This document shows positions 12,536 through 24,030 of a stretch of DNA of 64,000 bases, in pieces. The stretch is from Eledone cirrhosa (lineage: Eukaryota), in contig OZ024743.1 in assembly GCA_964016885.1 (NCBI GenBank), forward strand, positions 45,074,001 to 45,138,000, read 5' to 3'. Position 1 is the stretch's first letter. Each line of letters starts with the position of its first letter. Both the position numbers and the translations under genes were made by a program. A model generated the notes under the pieces. The model was not told the origin of the DNA. It worked only from the letters and a program-made list of their open reading frames with translations, and did not search any database.

Positions 12536-15500
12536 CTTTGAGTCTCTGTCATTGATGTTAGTTAACTGGAAAGTTTGTTGAAATGAATATCAAGCCACTA
12601 CCTGCAGCCTCAGATATTCAGGACGTATCGGAGAGTTCTTGCTGTTCCCAGCAAGCATGCCTTTATTGGTGTTCCAATATGCGCGGCGGGGCCAATTTTC
12701 TTTAACCATCCCTGGAAACTTTTTGAGATAGTCCCTAGTGCGCCTATGACAATCGGGATCACTTTGACTTCATAGCAGTTCCAAATCCTTTTTACCTCCC
12801 ACTTTAAGTCCTGGTATCGGTTAATGTTCTCCCTCTCCTTCTCTTGCACTCTCGTGTCGAATGGGCAGGCCACATCCACAATCAGGCACGATCTTTTTCC
12901 CTTGTCCAAAACCACCAGGTCAGGCCTATTATTTTCTAGTTTCTTGTCCGTCTGTATCCTAAAATCCCACAGCACCTTCACCTGATCGTTTTCTATCACC
13001 GACTCTTCCTTATGCTCATACCACTTCTCAGAATATGGTAAATTGTTTACTTTGCATAGATGCCAGTGGATCACCCTGCCCATCACATCATGTGTCAACC
13101 GTTATAGTGAGTCTGGGCTAGGTGTTTACACTCGGATACAATGTGAGCCACAGTCTCCTCTCTCTCTCTCCACAGATCCTGCACAGTGGGCTAGCCTCCT
13201 CCTTGTAAATATGGTGTTTCAGCCACTTAGTTTTGAGGGCCTGCTCTTGCGCAGCCATTAGCATTCCTTCTGTAGCCTTTTTAAGGTCTCCTCTTCTCAA
13301 CCAGTTCCATGTCTGTGGATCTCTGAATTCCGTTTTCTCAAAGAAGGTACTATGAAGGGATTTTTCAGGAAGGTTGCTCTTTCTCATCGTTGTTATTTCC
13401 TCCTTGGACATCCCCTGGTCTATTGTCCTCTCCTTCAGTACAATTCTGAGCATTGGCTCCTTACTATCAGTCACGTATTTGTGTAGGTTGTTTTTCTCCA
13501 TCTTAACACAGTCCTCTATGCTGATAAGATCTCTTCCATCTTCAGATCTCCTTAAGTAGAGTCTATCGACATCACTCCTCTTGTGGAACATGTTGTAGAT
13601 AGTCAATAGCTTCCTAGTCTTCCTATACATTTCTTTTTGTTCAGCAACATTCCATCTCAGAATTCCTGCACTGTACCTAATAATAGACACAGCTCGGGAA
13701 TTTACTGCACTTATGGCATTCCTACTGTTCAGATGTGACTCTAATACGCTCCTTACTCTCCGAATATATTCAGATCTTATCAATTCCTTCATTTTTTTGT
13801 TCTTGATGTTATCAACCTCCAGAATACCCAAGTACTTGTATCCTTCTTCAGTGTCAACTTCCTTTATCATCTCACCTGTTGGTACCTGGATTCCGTTGCT
13901 TCTGCTCAATTTACCCCCTCTTCAACACAAGGATTCCACACTTACTAATACCAAATTGCATACATATATCATTGCTGAAAATATGGACAGTGTCAACAAG
14001 CACATCCAACTCCTTCTCACTCTTCCCGAAGAGCTTAAGATCGTCCATGAAGAGGAGGTGATTGATGGTAAGCTCTCCCTTTCCCAACTTGTATCCTGCT
14101 CTCACTTTTCGCAGTATAATGGTCAGGGGCATCAGGGCAATGACAAACAACAGAGGGGACAGACAATCTCACTAGAATATACCTCTCTTGATCTTCACGC
14201 CTTCCAAGGATTCTCCAGCTGATGTTAACTCTGTTTTCCAGGACTTCATACTTGTGCTCAACAACTGTCTGATCTTATCTGCCACCTTGAAGATCTCTAG
14301 GCTTTTGGTGATCCAAGAATGAGGCACCATGCCAAATGCCATTTTGTAGTCTATCCATCCCATGGCAAAACCAGTGTGTCTCCTCTTGCAATTCCTCATT
14401 ACCATCTTATCAATAAGTAACTGGTCTTTTGTACGACGTGACTTCTTTCGGCATCCTTTCTGTTCGTCCGGTAACAAGTTGTTTGTGTGGACGTGATGGT
14501 AGATTTCCTCAGACACTATGCTTGTCAACAGTTTCCACATTACGGACAGACATGTGATAGGTCTATAGTTGGTAACATCATTACCCTTGATTCGGTCTTT
14601 CATTATCAGAACTGTGGTACCTTTTGTCAACCACTCTGGCACCTCACCCGACACCAAGCAGTCATTGAACATGACCGTCAGCTTCGGGTGGAGGGATGTT
14701 AAATGTTTAATCCAATACCCCTGCACACCATCTGGGCCTGGTGATTTCCAGTTGGTTAGTTTTTTGGCCAGCCCCTTGAGAGTTTCAACTGTGATACTCA
14801 AATCAGTTTGTTGGTGTGCCTGTTCACTAATCTCCTTCTGTACTGTCTCAATCCACACTGCCTGGTCATTATGTTTAACATCCTGCTCCCATATTCCTCT
14901 CCAGAATGTCTTAGTTTGTTCCGCCTCAGGGATCAAGTCGTTGCCTCTTTCTTTCCCTTCAAGCTGTCCAAACAACATCTTCTGGTTGTTGGCAAACATC
15001 CGGTTCTATCTGTACTGCTGACTCTGTTCTCGTATCGCCTAATTTTTGCACTCTTTGCTACAATGCGTTGCTTCAATTCCTCTATGATAATATTTAAATT
15101 TTTCCTCATACTTTTGTACTTTATTTCCAGTCTATTTTTAGTGTCTATGTTTTTTAGTGTCCCATTCAGTAGGGACTCAAGCTTTCCAATGACATTTCTC
15201 ATTTCCCTGATTTGACCATTCAGTCGTTTCTTCCACCAAGGTTCTGATCTTTCTTGTTTGTTGTTTCCTCTCGTTTTTATGCCAAGTAATTTCCTCACCG
15301 CATTTGCTGTTGCTTTGAGGATATTGTTGCACTGGTGAAGGCTCCTCACCTCAAGGTATGGGATGACTTTGTTTACCTTAGCTGTTGTTTCTTTTAACTC
15401 ATCCTGTTTAAAAAACCTTAGGTTCATAGGTTTTCCACTATCATTGTTCAATTCATCTACCACTAAGTTTAGGATATCAACCAAATCTTGTCCTAGCCCG

Positions 15501-16856
15501 TCAGCATTCATCTCCTCAATGGCCGTATCTTTGTACCAGGTATTATTTATTTCAACATTCAGATCATTGTCTGCTTCGGATGGTTCTTCCGTTCTCTCAA
15601 CCTCTTCACCTTCATTTCCCACTGGCTCATTTTCCTGGCATACTCCACTCTCCATTTCCAACCTAATCTCTCTGCTCAGTTCCTCCAGTTCCAGCTCGCG
15701 TATCCACCCATTAGTTCTTATTACCCGAGCCTGCCCGGCCAATTTTTGTTCATCTAAATTAAATAGACCAATCTCGTTCCAGATGTTATGCACCCGTTTC
15801 CTATAGCCTTTTTCCTTGGGGTTACTCTTCAGGTAACATTGCATAACAGTTCTATTCAATTCTTTCGTCCAATTGGTTCTCGTCCCTTTCCTTCTTCTTG
15901 CTCCGACACCAGCAGTATTTGGTTGACAGCCAGGTCCCTGCTGCTGAGCCAGGGAGCACCTGCTGGGTGAGAGTCTGTCACATGACATTCCAGTCTCCAC
16001 TTCACCGTTATTCGAACTGTTTAGATTCGACATTGAAACACTCTTATCGAGGATTGGTGAATGTATGGTTACATAACCACCGGTGATTTCATCACGTCCG
16101 GTGATTTGATCACCCTCGGTGATTTTAGCGTGGCACTATCACGCTGTAGACGAACATAATAAACAAAAAACAAACAAATAAGTAAAAACCTCAAAAAATA
16201 AGCATAAGTTCCATTGTAATGTAATGTTTGAATGTCTGACTTAGTTTTTTTGCTTTTCTGTCTGTCTGTTTGTTTTTCTTTTCTTTTTTCTTTTCTTTAC
16301 GTTCTTCGTTGCTGCTGTGCTGTTTTGATTTTGATTTTTGATTTTTTGATTTTTTGACCGGGTCATCAAATCAGTCTATTTATATCTTTTGGTGCCATTT
16401 AGTGGGAGTACTATGATGCCTGTCTTAGCAGGAGGTAGTGGGAGAGAATAGCAGCGGTAGCGATAATGAGGCATTGGTGGTGGTGATGTGATCGTAGTGC
16501 TGTAGTGATGTTGAAATTGAAGTAGAAATAGAAGTTGAGATAACTTGACTAGAGTTTTTCGCGAGGTAGTGGTGATGGTGGCGGTGGTGGTGTTGGTGGT
16601 GAAATTATTTTCCTGTCTGTCCACTTAGCCATTTTCTCCTTCTCGACTCTAACATTTCTGATACAAAATTAAATATTATATATTGGGGCCCTATGCCGTA
16701 ATGTGATGCGTTTTTGCCTGCTGAGGGTCAAAACTGTAATCTTATATTTCATTTGTAATAAGAATTATTCTATCACAGTTGTTTTAAATAAGTAAAAATC
16801 AAAAAGTTACCGGAGCGATTCCATAACGATATATATCCACCATGTGCGTTTTCTTC
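12536..16856 (-). mobile_element. Dong family B copy B2, apparently full length, frameshifted
   Basis: ORF pieces 14933-16033, 14172-14999, 13911-14150, 13118-13909 and 12610-13098; about 820-nt 5' UTR; (TTA)n on both sides. Confidence 0.9.
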
Positions 16857-16882
16857 TATTATTATTATTATTATTATTATTA

Positions 16883-17130
16883 CAGCTGCATTTATCTTGC
16901 TTTATGTCCATACGAGTTATCACCAAGTCACAACCAGTGACCTCGAGAGACAACAAGGTCCGCTATGTTCAAGAAAGAACATACATACTCACACATGCAT
17001 CTTTAGGTGTTTAGACTTATGATGTACTTATATTGACAGAATCTTCCTTAGTATATGGGCAGTTCCCATTAGTACTATCTTTTGTATTTCTCCTATACGC
17101 GGGTTTCCTGGGATTTGTGATAAGTAATCA
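16883..17130 (-). mobile_element. Dong family A copy A3, 250-bp 3' fragment
   Basis: Near-identical to 11521-11767; flanked by TTA repeats. Confidence 0.88.
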
Positions 17131-17142
17131 TTTATTATTATT

Positions 17143-17933
17143 CCTTGAATCTCAGTCATTCATGTTAGTTAACCGGAAAGTCCGTTGGAATGAATATCAA
17201 GCCACTACCTGCAGCCTCAGATATTCAGGACGTATCGGAGGGTTCTTGCTGTTCCCAGCAAGCATGCCTTTTGAAGCGTTCCAAAAAGCGTGAAGGGGCC
17301 GATTTTCTTTAACCATCCCTTGAAACTTTTGGAGATAGTCCCCAGTGCGCCTATGACAATCGGGATCACTTTGACTTCATGGCAGTTCCAAATCCTTTTT
17401 ACCTCCCACTTTAAGTCCTGGTATCGGTTAATTTTCTCCCTCTCCTTCTCTTGCACTCTCGTGTCGAATGGGCAGGCAACATCCACAATCAGACACGATC
17501 TTTTTTCTTTGTCCACAGCCACCAGGTCAGGTCTATTGTGTTCCAGTTTCTTGTCCGTCTGTATCCTAAAATCCCACAGCACCTTCACCTGATCGTTCTC
17601 CATCACCGCCTCTGGCTTATGCTCATACCATTTCTCAGAATGTGGTAAATTGTTTACTTTGCACAGGTGCCAGTGGATCACCCTGCCCATCACATGATGT
17701 CTCCAGCCCTTATAGTGGGTCTGGGCTAGGTGTTTACACTCGGATACAATGTGAGCCACAGTCTCCTCTCTCTCTCCACAGATCCTGCACAGTGGGCTAG
17801 CCTCCTCCTTGTAAGTATGGTGTTTCAACCACTTCGTTTTGAGGGCCTGCTCCTGCGCAGCCATTAACATTCCTTCTATAGCCTTTTTGAGGTCTCCTGT
17901 TCTTAACCAGTTCCATGTCTGTGGATCTCTAAA
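17143..17933 (-). mobile_element. Dong family B copy B3, 5'-truncated
   Basis: ORF 17217-17870 with intact CRICGEREETVAHIVSEC and endonuclease domain. Confidence 0.9.

Positions 17934-17994
<61 letters not shown>
17933..17994. repeat. (TTA)n microsatellite at the 5' junction of full-length Tx1
   Basis: Direct reading. Confidence 0.95.
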
Positions 17995-18174
17995 GAATGC
18001 TATGGTTGACGGAGGCTCGGCTCTGTAAGGTACTGTAAATTTTGAACGCTTTAACAATTGTAAATTGTTTAAAACTTAGACCAACTTGTAGACAAAAACA
18101 CCCTCCTCCTCGTGAGAGGGGTCTTTCTGCCCGTTATTTGGCCTTTCGGGGTTAAATAACTGCTTATTGGGGTT

Positions 18175-20298
18175 TTGTACCCAATATTTATTTTAAACAA
18201 AAAAGTCAACATGGCTACGAAAAAGAATTTGCATAGGTCACTCCCACTCATTCCGTCTTCTTCTTCCTCAATCATCACTACAGCAGAGAGAAGATTGTCT
18301 CTCTCCCTCCCTTATTTAAATGTGTCTCTCTCCCTCCCTTCTCTTTCGCAAGCGACGAAAGAAAAGAAAAGTCTCGTGCAAAGCGTGCAAGGTTTCTCCA
18401 CGACGACGACGACAGCGACGAAACAGGTGTGCGGGAAATACGAAAACCCAGTTCATTCGTCTGACGTCAGGAATAATAGCAGTAGCAGCCGTAATAACAA
18501 CAGCAACAGTGACAATGAAAACAACAGTAGCAGCCGCAACAGCATCACCAGCAGCATAAACAACAACAGCATTAGCAGCAGCAACACCAACAACAACCAC
18601 AGCAACAGCGGCGAAGGCAGTAGTCGTAGTACCTGCAGCAACAACAAAAGCTCTGACGACAACAACAGCAGCGAAGAATACCCAATCTCATTTGCAGGTA
18701 TTGCGAAAAACTTGGAAACAATCCTCATAACAAATGAGGAATTAGAGGAAGCGAAGAAGATGGTGACAAAGAATGGACACCGAGCAATCTGCAAGGCAGC
18801 GGAAACATTTTTCGAAACCCAACAGCACTGTACGGTCACGTACCGTACAGTAAGTACAAAATCACGTAGGGTGGAAAGAGCCACAGAGGCCCAAATACAA
18901 AAAGCCTTGGGGTCTGTGTGGCAGCGGAAAACGCACATCACCCGAGGCAAAAAATATGCCACCGTAGACGTACTTTTTGCCACACCCCAGGAGGCAAAGG
19001 CCCAATCCGTAGTGACCCTAAGGAGCGAGGAAATGGTGTTGGTGCCCTCCTACTGCGGGCAAAAAATTGTGAGGGTCAAACTGACCCCCCCCCCCCCCGG
19101 AATGGCCCCTTCTTGGCTGGCCGCGTCTGTCCTCGTCGGAATCGAGGACAAAACAACTGTACTGCAAGTACAGAAAAAAGTAAGAGAAGATTGGGTCGGC
19201 ACCTCCATTGAGATGCTAATCCAAACCAACTAGGAGTGCATCGAAGCTATCCCGGATGTGATAGACTTCGATAACGGCACTCAACTGCCCATAAGTGTTG
19301 AGGGAAAACGCCCGAAATGCTTTCGCTGTGGATCGAAGACTCACCTCAGGGCCTTCTGCAACGAGAAGACCCTGAGAAAGGAGAAAACCCCCCTCCTTCC
19401 AAAACCGGCTCCACGGCCACCAGTAACAGGACAAGCGGCAACCAGGAACGATAGGTCCGTGGCACCCATACCCACGCCACGGAAATCAAAAACAGCAGCA
19501 GCAGTGGAAATATTAACAACAACAACAGCAATACCAAATGCAGCTGCAACAGAGACTCCAGTGCAAACATCACCAACAACAACAAGTGAAAGAGTGGAGC
19601 TGGTACCCCTCCCCGACCTCACAGAATCAGACATGGAGTGTGAGGTGGGAGAGGGATGGCAAAAGGTCGTAAGAAGGCACAAACGCAGAAGCAGCGCATC
19701 GTCGCCTTTGAAAAGGGAGGAAATAAATGAGAAAAGGGTAAAGTCTACTGCAAAGGGACCCACAGCAGCAACACCACCAACACCATCACCACCCACACTA
19801 GCACCACCATCACCACCAGCGACAACCCCACCGCCAACAACACCTTCAACACCACCACCACAAGCACCAACATCGCAAACACAACAATAAAACACACACA
19901 CCCAGCAACAACGACAAGAAAATAGCAGAACCACACCCCACCCCCAGAAAAACAAATGCACGGCAATAAATACACACAACAAGAAACTAATGACTTACAT
20001 AATTGAACACACAGACATTTCACAACAGGACTACATAATACCAGCACCAATCAAAGCGCCAACTAACATAAGACTGCTAAAAATAGCACAGAAACAATAC
20101 ACAAACATTAAAACGAAATTCCCCAACGCAGTTGGTGATTTCAGGGTCCTAGGAGGAACCATCAATCGAAGAGTATATTCAGACATTCTCTTAGAAGAGC
20201 CGACGACCAGCCGAAGGGACGATTCAACAGTCCCTTCACCAGACGATCAAGTGAAAAGGGATGTAAAAACCATCCCTCCTCTACCAAAAGTACGGTAA
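18175..20298 (+). pseudogene. Tx1 ORF1 (gag-like, CCHC zinc knuckle, Ser/Asn- and Pro/Thr-rich) with two in-frame stops
   Basis: ORFs 18175-19233, 19258-19890 and 19990-20298 share one frame; CFRCGSKTHLRAFC knuckle; stops at 19231 (TAG) and 19888 (TAA). Confidence 0.82.
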
Positions 20299-20333
20299 GT
20301 GGTCTTTCCCATCTTTTCCACTCTATTTTAAAC

Positions 20334-23300
20334 ATGACCTCACTCAGAATAGGCAGCATAAATGCGCGTGGCTTGGGGTCGTCATGGAAGCAGGGTCACC
20401 TGCTCAACGACCTCAGGTCACTAAACATAGATGTAGTGGCCATCAGCGAGACCAGAATCTCCGAAGCACGGGCCTTCGCACCGATCTTCGGCGGCTACGA
20501 TGTGTACGCATCTCCCAGCCGTCCGGGATCGGGTGGAGGAGTTGCTGTGCTTTTTCGGAGAGGTTTGGATCTCGCCATACGGGCCATCTTCCTGGACCCA
20601 GAGGGTAAGCTGGTGGTGCTGGACGTGACCAGCGGAGACGGGCAAGCTTTCAGGCTAGTGGCCGTCTATTCCCCGACAGGAGCAGGGCGGCCTGATTTCT
20701 TCCGGCGTCTGGAGACCTTTCTTGGAACGTCTCGCTCTTTAGTGTTAGTGGGCGACTGGAACGGGATCTTAGATGCACGCTGGGACTGTGTGGGATTAGC
20801 GGATAGGGGTGGAGGGTGCAAGAGCCTCACCAACCTGCTCAGGCGTTTTGAACTGTCTGACAGGTACCGATTGGATTTCCCGAATGTGCCAATGTGGACT
20901 TGGACAAATCGCATAGGGTCATCCAGATCATATCTAGATACAGTATTTTGTAGGGAAATAGATAGGTCTAGCATAGGCTGTCCACAATTCAAGATAGTCA
21001 GCTACACGGACCACAAATTCGTGATCTGTGTGCTTGACTTAGATAGGCTTCATAGACGAGGACCCGGCTACTGGAAGCTAAACGCGTCCTTACCAGCGCG
21101 CAAGGCCTACAGAGACCGTATAAGCGAACTAGTTAAGCGGGCGTTGACGGGGGCCATCGTCAACAACAAGTGGTGGTTTGCTCTGAAAAGAGCGATTAGA
21201 ATAGAATCGATTAGGTTTAGTAAGACTTTAGCAATAGAGAAAAATAGAGCAGAGGGAGAACTAGTTAGAAAATTAGACGAGGCGCTTAGCAAAGGCATTG
21301 CGACCGACGTGCTTGCGGCGAAATTGGCCCTTGACCAATTCTTCAATGCAAAGCACGAAGGCTGCGTTGTCAGAGCAAGGGTGCGTGCTCTCAGACACGA
21401 GGGGACGAAAGCCGTTCAATGGGCCCGAGTGGCAGAGGCGCGTCGTGGCAACAAAGCCACGATCCGGTCTTTGGTGGACCACGACGGGCGCATGCTACTC
21501 GATCCCGGGCAAATGTGTGAAGCTTTTCAGCGACACTTCGCTCAGCTGTTCGGGGGCAGCGGTGGGCCGGGTAGATGGATGGACTTTAGTGTCTACCTCG
21601 ACGGACTGCCGCGGCTCTCGGCAACTGAGGCGAAGTGTTGCGAAAAGCCGATAACATCCGCTGAAGTAAGGGAGGCAATGACTGGCTGCACAAGGGGTAA
21701 ATCGCCTGGTTTGGATGGTCTGCCCTATGAACTTTACGTACAGATGCCAGACTTGTTCGGAGGCCTCTTGGCGGACGTCTACTGCAACTGGCAACAGAAC
21801 GGGAGAATTCCCAGTTCTGTGAGCCGAGGAGCGGTGGCACTGCTGAGAAAGGATCCGAACAAGGGGGATAACATAGATAATTTCCGGCCCATAACTCTGC
21901 TAAACACAGTGTTCAAGATTTTGGCCAAGGTGCTAGCAAAAAGGTTGGCGCTTGTCGTTGGTGGTCTGGTGGGAGAGGCGCAGACATGCACCATTCCCGA
22001 CAGATCCATCCACGACAACCTCCACCTCATGCGATACATCATAGAGAGGGTGGCTAAGGAGCCTGGCACGGGTGGGTCCTTGATCAATTTAGATCAGTCG
22101 AAAGCTTTCGATAGGGTCGACCATCGTTACATAGCGGCAGTCCTGAGGGCGGCTGGCTTTGGGCCCGTCTTCAGAGGCTGGATCGCTGCCATGCACAGCG
22201 ACATCTGCTCTGTGGTGAGAGTGAACGGTCACCTGTCGGAACCGTTCAACATCATGCGCTCGGTCCGCCAAGGATGTCCCCTCTCGTCCCTCTTGCACGT
22301 ATTGACTCTCGAGCCATTACTGCACAAACTGGAGACGTTGAGGGGAGTCCCGCGCGAACTAGGATGCGGAAGATCCGTGTCAGCATATGCGGACGATGTC
22401 AACGTAGTGGTGTCGAACGCCAAACACATCGAGGCGATCGGCACTACACTAAGAGAATACGAAGCGGTGACAGGAGCAATGATCAACCGGGAAAAGTCAG
22501 TGGGCCTGCAGCTCGGCACCTGGAGAGGCAGGTCCATGCCGTCCAACAGCGTCGTCGGACGCTGTACGGACAGACCGGTTAAATTGCTAGGGGTCTGGTT
22601 CGGTCCGGACCTCCAGACGGACAAAAACTGGGACGAGGTGACGAGCAGGGTGGCTTCTCTCACCCAGAAATGGGCGGAGAGGAAGCTATCCCTGAAAGGT
22701 CGAGCGGAGGTGGCTAACGCGTACATCGCGTCTGTCATCTGTTACCGCCTGACCGTCGTACCTTGTCCTAAGCCTCGCCTGACTGCGCTGGAGCGTTTGC
22801 TCTTTCGCTTTTTGTGGAAGGGACGTGCTCCGATGGTCAGGCGATCCATCTGTTGTCAACACCCGCTACGTGGAGGGCTGGGCATGCCGTGGCTGATGAT
22901 GCGCAGGCACGCGCTCAGGCTACGACATCTCCACCTCTTCCTCGACGGTGATCAGGTGTGGTCGCCGTTTGCTAGACACGTATTTCCCCAGCTCGTTTCC
23001 TTGACGGAGCTGCAGTCCTGGGTCAATCGAAGACCGAGAGGGAGCGCCTGGAGACTGGAATGTCTTCAGGCGCTCACAGCCCTCGACCAATCGGGCAATG
23101 TGATCGGTGGAAACTCCACCTCGGCGTTCTATAGAGGATTAGTGGAGGGGAAGAGCGACGACGTACTTGGGGAAACTCTAGGCGTCGACGAAAATCAACT
23201 AGCCAATCTCTTCGGAAGAACTTTCGGGCCAGGGCCTATGAACAACTTCCAGAAATATCTGGCCTGGCAGTGCTACCGAGGAGCCTTGCCAGTTCGGGAT

Positions 23301-23753
23301 AAACTCTACAGGCATGGAGGTGCCGTCAGCCGGGCATGTCCGAGATGCGCGCAGGGCGACGAAACCGTCCTGCACGCACTCGTCCAGTGTCCGAAAATTG
23401 CTGACTTGTGGGTTTATGTCGAACACCTGCTGTCGCGTTTAGGACGGATCCGGCTATCATCTGAGTCCATCGTGAGGATTGCCCCGCCCTCCTCCTTTAG
23501 CCGGGAAGGGCAGGCAGTTTTTATCTGTCTGGTGGCCATGGTGAAAGAGATAGTATGGTGGACACTTTTGAAAGGGCTGAAGACGAGCACTTACCTCTTC
23601 GGTGATGCTCTAATTGACTTTTTCAAATTTCATTTGGAAAGGAAAATCAGAGTAGAGAGGGAAGTGCTCTCTTCCCAGCATTTTGTTGAAAGATGGGTGA
23701 GAGAAGCAAGAATGGCTCGAGTGAATGGGCCTACTCTGAGCATATATCTGTAA
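20334..23753 (+). CDS. Tx1 ORF2: AP endonuclease - reverse transcriptase - C-terminal zinc finger, 1139 aa, open
   Basis: SINARGL, SETR, GDWN and TDH (APE); KSPGLDG, RQGCPLS and YADD (RT); CPRC..ETVLHALVQC. Confidence 0.95.
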   Translation: MTSLRIGSINARGLGSSWKQGHLLNDLRSLNIDVVAISETRISEARAFAPIFGGYDVYASPSRPGSGGGVAVLFRRGLDLAIRAIFLDPEGKLVVLDVTSGDGQAFRLVAVYSPTGAGRPDFFRRLETFLGTSRSLVLVGDWNGILDARWDCVGLADRGGGCKSLTNLLRRFELSDRYRLDFPNVPMWTWTNRIGSSRSYLDTVFCREIDRSSIGCPQFKIVSYTDHKFVICVLDLDRLHRRGPGYWKLNASLPARKAYRDRISELVKRALTGAIVNNKWWFALKRAIRIESIRFSKTLAIEKNRAEGELVRKLDEALSKGIATDVLAAKLALDQFFNAKHEGCVVRARVRALRHEGTKAVQWARVAEARRGNKATIRSLVDHDGRMLLDPGQMCEAFQRHFAQLFGGSGGPGRWMDFSVYLDGLPRLSATEAKCCEKPITSAEVREAMTGCTRGKSPGLDGLPYELYVQMPDLFGGLLADVYCNWQQNGRIPSSVSRGAVALLRKDPNKGDNIDNFRPITLLNTVFKILAKVLAKRLALVVGGLVGEAQTCTIPDRSIHDNLHLMRYIIERVAKEPGTGGSLINLDQSKAFDRVDHRYIAAVLRAAGFGPVFRGWIAAMHSDICSVVRVNGHLSEPFNIMRSVRQGCPLSSLLHVLTLEPLLHKLETLRGVPRELGCGRSVSAYADDVNVVVSNAKHIEAIGTTLREYEAVTGAMINREKSVGLQLGTWRGRSMPSNSVVGRCTDRPVKLLGVWFGPDLQTDKNWDEVTSRVASLTQKWAERKLSLKGRAEVANAYIASVICYRLTVVPCPKPRLTALERLLFRFLWKGRAPMVRRSICCQHPLRGGLGMPWLMMRRHALRLRHLHLFLDGDQVWSPFARHVFPQLVSLTELQSWVNRRPRGSAWRLECLQALTALDQSGNVIGGNSTSAFYRGLVEGKSDDVLGETLGVDENQLANLFGRTFGPGPMNNFQKYLAWQCYRGALPVRDKLYRHGGAVSRACPRCAQGDETVLHALVQCPKIADLWVYVEHLLSRLGRIRLSSESIVRIAPPSSFSREGQAVFICLVAMVKEIVWWTLLKGLKTSTYLFGDALIDFFKFHLERKIRVEREVLSSQHFVERWVREARMARVNGPTLSIYL

Positions 23754-24030
23754 ATTAAAGGTGGAAAACTGGGAGAGGGCACTTGCCTTGGTGGTCTGGG
23801 TCATTGTGGCTTTTTACTGGGCTTTCTACACAAATGTCCCTCCGAAGTCTCCCCCATATTGGGGAATTTTTCATTGTTATTTTTTGTTACATCCTCTGTT
23901 TTTGTTTTTTACACGCAGAAATGTCCATTTGTACCGTCCTGCATTGTCCTGCACTGTCCTTAATGTCTACTTTATGTAAACCCTTGTGGTTAATAAAGAA
24001 ATCATTATTATTATTATTATTGTTGTTATT

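Larger units (their letters stand above)
17995..24003 (+). mobile_element. Tx1-clade retrotransposon copy 2, apparently full length (about 6.0 kb), flanked by (TTA)n
   Basis: 5' UTR, ORF1, ORF2, 3' UTR with AATAAA near 23992; TTA repeats on both sides. Confidence 0.93.

Noticed and set aside
19231-19233. Programmed readthrough of TAG in Tx1 ORF1
   Set aside because: A second in-frame stop at 19888 and simple C-to-T origins make decay more parsimonious.
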